Translations under genes and position numbers: made by a program
DNA from: Octopus bimaculoides
Lineage: Eukaryota
Direction: 5' to 3'
Length of the DNA stretch: 64,000 nucleotides
Assembly: GCF_001194135.2 (NCBI RefSeq)
Contig: NC_069002.1
Span: 26,206,964-26,270,963 of the forward strand
Shown here: positions 24,334 to 36,336 of the stretch, piece after piece
Layout: every line of letters begins with the position of its first letter
Position numbering within the stretch: the stretch's first letter is position 1
The notes under the pieces: model-generated
What the model was told of the DNA's origin: nothing
The model's database searches: none
What the model saw: the letters and a program-made list of their open reading frames with translations, nothing else

Positions 24334-25817
24334 GTATGCATACATATACACATGCATACACCTATGCGCATACACACAAACAAGCAAATGTATTTTCATT
24401 TTAAATCATGAACTCTAAAATACTTTCACACCACACGCATATATACATATACACATTTGAAATTACACTAGCACTTTAAAATTTATCACAATCACCCCAC
24501 ACACACATGCACACACACACACATATATGCAAATTTGAAATTGCTGACACAGACGCAATGCATGTATACATACATAAACATTAGGCATATACTCATATAT
24601 ATACACACACAAACATCACACATACACCCATACATCTACAAACACAAAGTGGTTTGTTGTTTAGCATAGCATAATCTTTCTCTTGTTTTTTTTTTATTAT
24701 TTTATTTGTTTTGTTTATGTTGTTATGTACTTTAATTAATTTCTTGTAATTTCAATTAATTCAACCAATGCTTGCATGGAAAGTCGACATTAAGCCGATA
24801 ATATTGTTGATTATGATGAAGTTGTCATCCGGATAGAATTAAAGTCTGATGTTAATCATGGAAATAACATTAAGTTTTAGAAACCATTCTTTAAAAGCTT
24901 AATTTCGACAAACTTTCTCATTTCATTTCATCTACTTCTTATTAATGCCTCATCACGACGATGACTGGTGTTTCATGTCCGAAGAGCATGAGGAATAGAA
25001 GCATACCCTCAAGTTGCTTTCCAAAATGATTGGTGATACTGCAGGGCTTTTCTTCCTGCCTGCATTTAGTAGTTTTAAAGTGGCAGTCAGTCCATACAAT
25101 CCAATCCCACTCTTCAGACTTGGAGGTCTGACCACAGTGGCTCAGGGGCCTAGATGGCTGTGGTGACCAGCAAGCTGTGTGTTTTACATTGGAGTGGCTT
25201 TCTCTTATGTGAATTGCCTCACTGGACTTTCCACAAGGGTGTCAAAATGGGCACCGAGCTGCTTGAGGGACTCCACTCTTTGCTTTGCTGTCAAGGTTGA
25301 CACCCCAGCCTTTCCCTTTTCCCAAGACACTCACAAAGTAGTTAGGGTTTGTGCTTGGAGTTTCTTCCATGTCATGCTAACTAACCCATAACTGGGGCCC
25401 TGACAGTTGCTACCACTCTGGGCCAGAGATGACCTGGGGACAATGGTGGCTAAGAGGTGGTTCCACCCTCCTCAAAACTCAGGAACTCCTTGAGGCAGCC
25501 CCACTACCAGATGTAATTTAAAATCCTACCTAAGACACTGCTTCATTAGAGAGTTAGATATTTTATCCATTGATACCTTGGCCAAGGGTCTTCTTCTGTG
25601 GTCCCAGGATCACCAAAGCCTTGTGAATAGATTCAGTAGACAGAAATCGGAGGAAGGCCCTCGTATATGTATTTACATATCTTTGTGTGAATTAGTGTGT
25701 GCCTGTGTTTGTGGTCACTTGTACAGAAGTGCACTGAGTGTTGTTCTTGTTGTTGCTGTTGTTGCCAAGCTGTTCAGTCACTTCATGTCTTTGAAGCAGT
25801 GTGGAGTAAGAAATTCC

Positions 25818-25940
25818 TTATACTCTCTTTACTCTTTTACTTGTTTCAGTCATTTGACTGTGGCCATGCTGAAGCACCGCCTTTAGTCGAGCAAATCGAC
25901 CCCAGGATTTATTCTTTGTAAGCCTAGTACTTATTCTATC
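25818..25940 (-). mobile_element. SINE family A 3' fragment abutting the RTE tail
   Basis: tactcttttacttgtttcagtcatttgactg...agtacttattctatc, then (atc)n. Confidence 0.75.
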
Positions 25941-27345
25941 ATCATCATCATTTAATGTCCATTTTCCATGCTGGCATGGGTTGGACAGTTTGGCAGAAAA
26001 CTTGTAAGCTGGGGTAGGTGTGGGCGGCTGCACCAAGTTCCAATCTGATTTGGCAAGTTTTCTATGGCTGGATGCCCTTCGTAATGCCAACCACTCCGAG
26101 AGGGTAGTAGGTGTTCTTTTTTTTTTACATGCCATTGGCATGGGTGCAATTAACATTAAATTGGCATTGCCCATGACTATAGTCTCACTTGGCTTGACAG
26201 GTCTACACAAGCTCAGTATAGCACCAAAGGTCTCAGTTACCAGTCACTGCCTCCATGAGGCCCAACGCTTGAATGGTGCTTTTTACATGCTAAGAGCACA
26301 GGTGCCAGTCAGACAGCACTGGCATCGGCAATGACTATGATTTTGCTTGGCTCAACAGGTCTTCACAAGCACAGCATATCTAACGTTTGTAGGGTGCTTT
26401 TAATGTGCCATTTGCACAGTACTGATATCAACCATGACTACAACCTCACTTGGTTTGACAGGTCTTCTCAAGCACAGCACATCGCCAAAGATCTTGGTTG
26501 CTTGTCATTGTCTCCGTGAGGCCCAACATTCGAAGACATTGCTTCACCACCTCATCCCATGTCTTCCTGGGTCTACCTCTTCCACAGGTTCCCTCCACTG
26601 TTATAGTGTGACACTTCACATAACTGTCTTCACCCATGTGCATCACATGACCGTACCAGTGCAGTTGTCTCTCCTGCACATCACATCTGATGCCCCTTAT
26701 GCCCAACTTCTCTCTCAAGACCCTTACACTCTGTCGTGCATGCACACTGACATTACACATCCAGTGAAGCATTCTAGCTTCATTTCTTACAACCCTACAC
26801 ATTTCCTCAGTAGTCACAGGCCATTTTTCACTGCCATGGAGCATAGCTGTTCAAATACAGTCTGCCTTTCATTCTAAATGAGAGACCCTTTGTTATCAAA
26901 TATAGGTAAGAGTTCTCTGAACTTTGCCCAGTCTATTCTTATTCTAGCAGCTACACTCTTGGAACATCCACACCTGCTACTGACTTGGTCACCTAGTTAA
27001 CAGAAGCTATTGACTATTTCTAGTCCCCCACCCCCGGCATGTGATGGAATCTATTTTCTCTACATTTTTTATTGTACCTGTACATCTTCCACACTCAAAA
27101 ACTATTTTCCCAGTTAACCTTCCTTTGATATTGCTGCACCTCTTATGTGCCCATAGCTTACACCAGGTACATTTTATGGAGTTTCTACCTATGCCTTTTC
27201 TACAGACCAAAAAGGGCTATCTACATGAAGGGATTTATAATTTGTCTGCTCTCCTACTTACTAAGACTTTGGCTTTTGCTAGGTTAACTCTAAGGCCCAT
27301 CTTAGTCTACTCCTAGATCACCTGCCAGTTGGCTTGGATTAAAGT
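25938..27345 (-). mobile_element. 5'-truncated RTE-clade LINE (RT end, PHD-type finger, C-terminal domain, 3'UTR, (GAT)n tail)
   Basis: GLRVNLAKAKVL; CRKGIGRNSIKCTWCKLWAHKRCSNI...FECGRC; LHGSEKW...LHWYGHVMHM...GRGRPRKTWDEVV; stops and frameshifts present. Confidence 0.85.
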
Positions 27346-27849
27346 AGCTACCAGTTATATATTGGGGTTTACTCATCTTACTGTTCTCTTATGTTTGATC
27401 AACTGTGCATCATTAGAAGAGGTAGTGTGCATTGTGTTGATTTGTTTGGCTTTATTAAATACAACACTGAGAAGCTGATGGGGAATCTTCTGTGTGGTTA
27501 TCCAGTCTGTAAGAAATAACAGCTAAATCATTTTGTCTCCAGAGATAAAAGCAGCTGATCTGATGCATCAATATCAGTAGATCAGTCATCATCATCATCA
27601 TCATCATCATTTAACAGTTGCTTTCCATGCTGTCATGGATTGGATAGTTTCACAGGAACCAACGAGCCAGAAGACTGCCAAGCTCTTATATCTGCTTTAG
27701 CATGGTTTCTATGCGAGCCATTTTACAGAATGTACTAGATACATTTTACATGGCATCTACACCAGTGAGGTCACCCAGTAACTTGCAAGACAAGAGCCTC
27801 AGCTGAGTTGGTAGTAAAAAAAAAAAAGGTAACGGTTACCATTTTGTGT

Positions 27850-28035
27850 CATGCCAACTCATAAAGGCCAGTTTCCCTGTTTCATGGTGTATAAATTCCC
27901 CACCTGGATGGGACACTAGTCCCCTGCAGGATTTACTCATTTTCACGTGCTGAGTTGAATGAAGCAATGTGAAATGAAGTGTTTTGCTCAAGAACACAAT
28001 GTGTCGTCCGGTCCAGGAACTGAAACTACAATCTT
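27850..28035 (-). mobile_element. SINE family B-related variant
   Basis: gaagtgttttgctcaagaacacaa core; a plus-strand copy lies at about 47340-47590. Confidence 0.65.
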
Positions 28036-28133
28036 ATGTAACACACTGTCTAAATACCAATCTTGAGAAATTAGGCTTCTCAAAATCAGAAAGGAAAAAG
28101 CTAATTTGAAGACTACAGATCCAATCCATCACT
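28035..28133 (+). mobile_element. R4/Dong C-terminal fragment, inverted relative to the main copy
   Basis: gtaacacactgtctaaataccaatcttgagaaattaggcttctc... is the reverse complement of about 28785-28880. Confidence 0.75.
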
Positions 28134-28524
28134 AGAGTTAGTAATAAGTATTGAGTGGGGTCGCTTTGTGATGAGAGATTAAAGTATGAATCAAAGAAAA
28201 GAAACAGGTGTCTTGCAGTAGGTGACACATGGCTACCCTACATCAATGTCTGCAGAAACTGAGGTAGAGGAGATACTGTGAGGTCTTGTGTAAAACCTGG
28301 ATTAATCCCTGCTCCATTCACCTGACAACCAGTTTATGGTGTTAAACAGGGTGATGTTTTAAGTCAACCACTTAAAACATAGATATTGATGTTGTTTTGT
28401 TGTTGGTCTTGATTACCTTTAATTAATTTTGTTGTCTGGTTGATCTTGGCTTTGGATTTGCCTAACAATAAGTCTTGATCTTAATCCAGTCTTATATCCA
28501 CACATACATTCATTTGTATGTATG

Positions 28525-30830
28525 CCATTATTCAGTTTGATTTCAAGATTTCTTGCCACTAGAGAAAGAGCTGGTTTCTAACCCAGATCTAAGTCTCCTT
28601 CATTGGAATTTCAACAACACCAACAGGGAATTTTTGTTTGCTTGTATGTATGTACTTTGTATGCATGTATGTATGTATATGTGCAGATTTGTATATTTCA
28701 TTTTATGTATGTCTTCTCGTGCATATAGTTGCATATCTAGACATGATAAACTTTTGGAAAGTTTTACAGATTTTTACAGTTCCAGTGATGGATTGGATCT
28801 GTAGTCTTCAAATTAGCTTTATCTTTTTCTGATTTTGAGAAGCCTAATTTCTCAAGATTGGTATTTAGGCAGTGTGTTACATATTCCAGTGCCCCAATAA
28901 TTACAGGTATAAACTTGAACTTGTAATCTGGATACTGTAACTGCAGATTTTTCAATAGTTCAGCATAGATATTCTCTTTTTCACTGATCTTCAGCTGTAT
29001 GTTAACATCCACTGGGCAGGAAAATTTCCACAACTGTGCAGTTTCTCTTCTCTATCCCAAATTATTATATCAGGTCTGTTGTGTTTAAATTTTATTGAAG
29101 TCTTCACTGGTACATTCCACCAGTAGTACTTTTTATCATGAGTGGCTATGGCTTCTACCATATTGTAGGTTCTTATTTCTTTGTCTTTGGGATTATCCTT
29201 CCGACGGATTTCATTATAGAGTGTCCTAGCTACAATATCATGTCTCATGGGTAGATAATACCGTGATGACATTTTCAGACAACTGCTTATTATGTGGGTG
29301 ATATCTTTGGTGTTAACTCCACAAAGTCTCCATTAATTGTCACATTTTACTGCTTTTCTTGCACCTCTATCCCTTTTGTGCATCAGGTATTTGGTTGATA
29401 TTTCCTGTTCCTGGATTGCATATTCATGCCCTTCAAAGTGGGGCAGTTATTGGTCCATGATAAACTGCTTTGATGATCAATGTTACACTCATCTTGGAGC
29501 TTTCTACTAACATATCCATGCATAGTCTTCTGCTTATATAGGTCTCCTTTCATTGGTCAAGTCATGCAACTTCTTTGGGCATGTATTTAAGGTTATCAGA
29601 CAAAGAATGTTGCTCAAGGAACTGCTTTCCAAGTCTTATGGGGTTATCAGCCTCATGTATGCAAACTTGGTCAAGGGATGCACATCGGTACTTGATGGTT
29701 AAAAGATGTTGCCAAAGGGATATGATGCGACATTCAAAGGCGTTTTGGATCAATGTTAAACCTCTGTTGCCTTGTTTTCATTTTAGGTAGAGGCAGTCTA
29801 CGTTACTGTTAATGTGGAAATTATGCGTGCTTTTTTGGCGGTTTTAGCATTTTTGGGGTTTTCTCATCAATAGCTCAGATCTCATCAAGCATCCAATCAA
29901 GCAACCCAAATGTTGGTATGAGTACTAGCACTGCAAACACATTGTGGACCACTGTTTTATTGAATGCAGAGAGTTCTGAGGTTCAAAGTTTCTTTATTCA
30001 GCTGTAATATTCTTTAGTGACACGTGTTTTGTTACAGGTGCCATTGTAAGATATATTTTCATCCACCCCTAAATACCTGTAACATTCCTCATCAGATGTG
30101 AAGGCGCTTGACTCAGTGGTTAGAGTGTTGAACTTATAGTTGTGAGGTTGTGAGTTCGATTCCCGGACCGGGCTGCGTGTTGTGTTCTTGAGGAAGACAC
30201 TTTATTTCACATTGTTCCAGTTCACTCAGCTGTAGAAATGAGTTGCAACATCACTGGTGCCAGCTGTATCGGCCTTTGTCTCTCCCTTGGATAACACTGG
30301 TGGTGTGAAGAGAGGAGGCTGGTATGCATGGGCGACTGCTGGTCTTCCTTAAACAACCTTGCCTGGACTTGTGCTTGGGAGGGTTACTTTCTAGGTGCAA
30401 TCCCATGGTCATTCATGACCAAAGGGGGTCTCTTCCTAATCAGATATAGGGGAAACAGTCAAATCATTGATAGAGATGTTACTAGTCTGGATTATTGTTT
30501 CCCCCCTTTTCACAACCGTATAACAACATTTGTCTTGACCAGACTCCATTCCTACATCCTTTGAGAATGCTTTTTTTTCATCTCTTGCGTATTCTTTGCA
30601 TAAAGTTTTAAGTCATCCACAAAGAAACAGTGTGTAATTTTGGTATTTCTATTTCCTTGTGAACCAGTGAGATATCCTTCTGACTTCCTTAACATGAATG
30701 ACAAGGGGTTTACAGAAAGTATGAACAACATCACAGAGAGGCTGTCCCCTTGCAATATACCTTTGTGATACTGTATTCTATCAGTGATAACACAGTCACT
30801 CTTTGTGTTTAATTTCAAGATGGTGGTCTA
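28525..30830 (-). mobile_element. 5'-truncated R4/Dong-clade non-LTR retrotransposon (RT, CCHC knuckle, restriction-like endonuclease)
   Basis: KGILQGDSLSVMLFILSVNPLS...HCFFVDDLKLYAK (RT); WRLCGVNTKDITHIISSC...MRHD (decayed CCHC plus RHD); HNRPDIIIWD...CPVD...EKENIY (PD-(D/E)xK); stops and frameshifts present. Confidence 0.9.
30100..30434 (+). mobile_element. SINE family B inserted in the R4 RT
   Basis: A-box-like TGACTCAGTGG, B box GAGTTCGATTCC; imperfect 13-bp TSD cctcatcagatgt (30087-30099) / cctaatcagatat (30435-30447). Confidence 0.85.
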
Positions 30831-31794
30831 ACATGAAGTCAGATCAGCTGTGGCTTTGACTATTCTCACTGGAACTTTAGCAAGTTGAAGGGCTTCTCGC
30901 ATCCATGAGTGAGGAACAGAATATGTATGTATGTGTGTATGTATGTATGTATGTATGTACGTATGTATGTACATTTGTATGTATGTTCAATCGTTCATTT
31001 GTTTGTTTGTTTGTTCGTGCATCTCTTTTTTTTTTAAAATTTAGAGTAAATCTTGACCGACCTACTATTTGGTAGCAAGGTTGTGAAGGAAAGCATCTTG
31101 TGTTAACCATTATCCTTTAAATATTAAGAATGTATGTATGTAAATAAAGACTAGATTAAAATTTTTAGAGATGACAGAATGTTGTCAATTTGTTAAGCGT
31201 TCCAGCTGTGGTCATCCCGTGTGTTAGGATGTTTGATAATATATAATATAATTTTAGAAGAAACGGTAGCAAGATCATATACAAGAACATCATCTCAGAG
31301 GAATACAGAAACGAAAGCAGAAGAAGCCATAGTTTACTTACTCTAAGAAGATGAACAAATATAAAATAAAAAATAAAAGGCAAAATGAAAAAGTCTATAG
31401 CGCTATCAACGTCAAATTGAATTGGAACTAACCAATATTTAGAATGGAAATTTAATTAACCTTGTTCGTAGATTGGAATAACAATGTAAGTTATATAAGC
31501 TATCTAGACATCTGGATATATGGATTAACAGATTATAGTCATAAGTCTGTGAGTTAGGAGCTTGGGTTTATTCCCCATCCAATGAGAGAGTAATAGGTGT
31601 GTGTTTTTTAGTTTTTGATGTTTGGTTTTGTTTTCTTTTTTTGGTAGGTTAGCAGGCTAATGGAATATATTCTCTGCAAATCTGTGCTTCATTTGCAAAG
31701 ATTTTCTATCAGAAATAGTTTTTAGTTGTCATGGCGAGCAGTTCTTCCTGATGAGAATAATATCTCGGTCAACAGCTAACATGGCAGGAGTCTC

Positions 31795-32121
31795 ACACAC
31801 ACACACACACATACATACATGCACTGCTCACATACATATACTCGTAGAAAGCACACATATGTCCATACATGCATTACACATATACATGTACATACACACA
31901 CTACATACACTCATACACTGCACAGATACATATGTACACATACATATGTACACATACATACACATCATACTTATACACCAGACACACAAATACACACTAC
32001 ATACATATATCATACACACATAAACACACACCATATAGATACACAATATATGCATACATACATACATATGTACGTATGTACATACACACATGCATACATA
32101 CTTCTGCACCTACATGCATGC

Positions 32122-32152
<31 letters not shown>

Positions 32153-32200
32153 CATACATACATACATACATACGTACGTACGTACGTACGTACATACATA
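31795..32200. repeat. (CA)n/(TACA)n compound microsatellite
   Basis: Merges into the R4 3'UTR. Confidence 0.85.
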
Positions 32201-32640
32201 CATACAAACAAACAAAAATACTCTGTTGTTGATGTTGAAATTCCAAAGAAGGAACTGGGTTAGAAACCAGTTCTTTCTCTATTGGCAAGAAATCTTGAAA
32301 TAAACTGAATAATGACATACATACATATGTACGTACGTATGGAGAAAGCTAATTCGAAGACTAAAGATCCAATCCATGACTGGAACTGTAAAAATCTGCA
32401 AAACTTTCCAGAAGTTTATCATTTAAATATATATGAGCATGTCTAGATATGCAATGATATGCATGAGGATACATACATAAAGCATACAAATTTGCACATA
32501 CATACAAACAAAAACACCCTGTTGTTCTTGTTGAAATTCCAATGAAGGAGCCTTAGATCTAGGCTAGAAACCGGTTCTTTCTCTATTAGCAAGAAATCTT
32601 GAAATAAACTGAATAATGACATACATACATACATACCTAC
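32195..32640 (+). mobile_element. Two tandem R4/Dong 3' ends
   Basis: ...cttgaaataaactgaataatgacatacatac occurs twice (about 32320 and 32625); the second copy starts at ggagaaagctaattcgaagac (32341). Confidence 0.8.
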
Positions 32641-33684
32641 ACACACACATTATGAATTTTTCAAACTGTTTATATCTAACTTCTACTTTACTTTTCTTGG
32701 AGAACATCCAAAAAGAAACATTTTCATACATTATTTGTGAAATTTGGATTAATATTTCAGGAAATATAATTTTGAATTATCAGCGAATTGGTTGAAATCT
32801 TGTCTAATTAGGCCTAAATGAATAATTAGCCATATTTATGTCATATTTTTGAAATTGAGGTGATAATCATCTTCAGATTACACAAATTAATAGTGTTCAT
32901 GGATGGCAGTTCCCTATTTCTTTGAAGTTCTTGGAAAGGAATGTTTTTTCTTTGTCAATTTTTAAAATATTCATGTAAAGCATATTTTGTTGCATGTAAC
33001 AAATGGTCGATTTCGCGTGTTTTCAAACCTAGCTAAATCCAAAAGTGCCAGCCACAGGGACTTGAGTTTTGGTACATTTGTAGTAGATATAAAACTAAAT
33101 AAATAAATTTTGGGACATGGCATTGTTGCAATAAAATTTTAATGGACTATTAAAAATTGCTATAAACAAATGGTGGAGTTTCGGATCAGAATGCCCACAT
33201 AAGTTGGATTTTCTCTGGGATTTTTCCAATTTTTTTCGTTACATCCTTGGAAATAATAGGAGGAAGCTTTTTATGGAAAATATTCCTGAAAATTTATAAT
33301 TTTTTTCACATGCTATGCCAAATTTCTCTTCATTACTATCATTTCTGACACAAATTAAATTATTGTGCTCCAGTGCATTGAACTAGAATGAGGGCTATTG
33401 CTAGACAGTAAAAAAAAACAAAAACAGAACAAGTATTGTGGATATGTGGAAATATGAGGGTGATTGAAGGAATTTCACATGACATGTAAGTGTCAGATTT
33501 TGATCAGAAGAATATGAGAAGAAAGTTCACATCCAGAACTTTCAAATGATATATAATTGTCCACAGAAACAATATATTTCAATATGAAAATGATGAAAGC
33601 ACAAAGTGGGTTTTTGTATGGTCAAAGCGTCACCCCTTTTATGGTGCTCTACAGAGATACCTAATATATATATATATATATATA

Positions 33685-33815
33685 TATGTTCCTTTGTGTG
33701 GAAGAGTGTAGGCTTGAAACTTTAAAGACTTTTTCACTTCCCGAGCGTTAAACTGATACATCTGTTTGTTGTCTACACTACCTGTCTTCGCCTTTTGTTT
33801 TTTTTTGTGAATTGT
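33685..33815 (+). mobile_element. Penelope-like repeat fragment with degenerate hammerhead
   Basis: Homologous to 42030-42160. Confidence 0.55.
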
Positions 33816-33976
33816 CCCTATATATATATATGTATATATACATATATGCACACACAATGGGCTTCTTTCAGATTTCTGCCTACCAAATCCACAAGCAAGG
33901 CTTTGATTAGTCAGGGGGCCATAGTAGGAGATACTTATCCANNNNNNNNNNTATATATATATATATATATATATAT

Positions 33977-34206
33977 AGGTGAGTTGGTAGAAGCGTTAGC
34001 ACACCGGGCGAAATGCTTAGCGGTATTTCGTCTGCCGTTACGTTCTGAATTCAAATTCCGCTGAGGTCGACTTTGCCTTTCATCCCTTCAGGGTCGATTA
34101 AATAAGTACCAGTTATGCATTGGGGTCGATGTAATCGACTTGATCCCTTTGTCTGTCCTTGTTTTTCCCCTCTATGTTTAGCCCCCTGTGGGCAATAAAG
34201 ACATAA
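33977..34206 (+). mobile_element. tRNA-derived SINE family D
   Basis: ggtgagttggtagaagcgttag...gaattcaaattcc...gtcgactttgcctttcatcccttcagggtcgattaaataagtacc; other pieces at about 3195-3290, 12660-12810, 21140-21250, 34850-35040 and 63420-63520. Confidence 0.75.
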
Positions 34207-35298
34207 ATATAATATGTTTATATATATTTATATAGAAATATACAAAATATATGATAATAAGAAATTAATTATAGTTCAGTTATTGGGATTTCAATCAATA
34301 GATTTGTGGGTATTCTATTTTGGATAATGCAAAAAGAACATAACGAGTATTTATGATGGAAAACTTATGGTATTTATATGCTATTTCTTGACGTACATAT
34401 TGATTGAAATCCCAATGAGGGAACTACGTATACATACACACACACACACACATATACATATAAATCATCCCTCATTAGGCAGTTATGGTATATATCGGTT
34501 TGGTGCCAACTCTTCACCAAATATTGTTGCTTAAGTGCAATAGTCAGTATGAAACCTATGGTAGCATTCTAACCAGTTATATAACATGGACCAGTAATAT
34601 CCTGCTTGACAATATATAAATATATAACTCACTTTATTACTTATATTGAGTGTACTTTTTCTTCTGACTTATGGATGTCAAATTGTTGATTTACATATGT
34701 ATATATATATATGTGTGTGGATGTGTGTGTGTGTGTGTGGATGTGTATGTGTATATATGTGCATATAATAGAAACAAATTAACTGTATTGTAGAATTTTT
34801 ATCTGTATGTATTTAAAATGTAAACCATCCTTTCTTCTATTGGCACAAAGCCTGAAATTTTGGGTCCAAGAGCTTGTCGATACCATTGACCCCAGTACTG
34901 AATTGGTATTTATTTTATCAATCCCAAAAGGATGGAATGCAAAGTCAACTCCAGCAGAGATTGAACTCAGAACATTAAGACAAACAAAACGTCACAAGCA
35001 TTTTGTCCGACATGCTAACAATTCTGCCAGCTCATTGCTTTTGTTAAATTGTATACAATGAAAATGAATTAATTATATTTCAGGATGTTTATCTGTAGAT
35101 GGTGTGTGTGTGTGTGTGTGTGTTTGTACCCTGTGACTTTTTAGTTCAAACAAGCCATTTATCTGAATTTGCCTTCTTATTAATCTATTGGAGTTGCTTC
35201 TATGCTCTTTACTTAACAATCATTCATTGTTTTCAGTAGGAGATCGATCACCATCATAAATGTGGATATATGTGTATATGAAAGAAGCCTGTGAAATA

Positions 35299-36020
35299 TG
35301 AAGGGCATTCAAAAAAGCATCTGACTTTATTTTTTACTGCCAAAACTAATGCCACAAGGGCAAAATCCTTTGGGTGGGCAATGATTTCACCCTTCCTGCA
35401 CAGGCATGGAAGTTTTTGTACTGATAGACCTTGTCAGTTCCTGGCTGTTATGCCTTAAGTACAGAAATATAGTGTGTGCTTGTTGGATTTTTGTTTTCAC
35501 ACAAGATAACCAAACACATAGTACAGAGATATTACATCAAGTTTTGCCAAAACCTTGGTAGTTCTAAAGCTCAAATCTTCCTGAAGATTCAGCAGGGCTT
35601 TGATGTTGATGCCATGGACAAAACTCAGATCAAGGAGTGGTACGACCACTTCAAATATGATCAAATCTCAGTGGAGAGTGAGGCATGCTCAGGCTGACCA
35701 TCCACAGGCCAAAATGAGGGGCCGATTGAGAAGGTTTGACAAATAGTCATGGAAGATCATTGTGTAACAATCCAGGAAATTCCTCACAAAGTGGAGATCA
35801 GCACAAGATCAGTGTGTTCCATTTAAATGGAAGATGTGTGTATGTGGAGAGTGTTGGTGAAATATGAAGTTGGATACATTTGAACGCATCTTGTAATTCA
35901 ACCTTTCCTGGACAAGCACAATGCACCATTTGTTCGACAGGCTCCCTACTCTCCTGACTTGAGACTCCTGGCTCTTCTCCAAGCTTAAAACCACACTGAA
36001 AGGACGACAGTTTGAGTCAT
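35299..36020 (+). mobile_element. Internally deleted mariner (DD34D-type) transposon
   Basis: TA|TGAAGGGCATTCAAAAAAG left end; QRYYIKFCQNLG...QIKEWYDHFK...SVESEACSG*PST (N-terminal HTH); QAPYSPDL...WLFSKLKTTLKGRQF. Confidence 0.85.
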
Positions 36021-36287
36021 AAGAGTCTTCTGGTTTGTCAACTTCCGTCAAACCGTTCGACCCATGCCAGCATAGAAAACAGATGTTAAACGATGATGAT
36101 GACGATGGTGATTATGTTTGTATGCGTGTAGTGATGTTTGTATGTAAATGTTACAATAATGTCATTGCTAATTTAAAGTGCATTTGAGAATGACAATGAA
36201 ACATTTTCTCATTGTCTGACTATTTACTGAGAGTAGAGTCATCTTTATTATTGGGAAGGTCAACTTGACTGAGGCTTCATGATATGT

Positions 36288-36336
<49 letters not shown>

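Noticed and set aside
31336-31390. Minus-strand pyrimidine tract-TAG-A-GTAAGT (1-nt exon or offset ratchet point)
   Set aside because: One base off the recursive-site geometry, and T-rich tracts are common here; unsupported without reads
32760-33350. Probable non-coding DNA-transposon interior
   Set aside because: No termini, TSD or second copy found in the window
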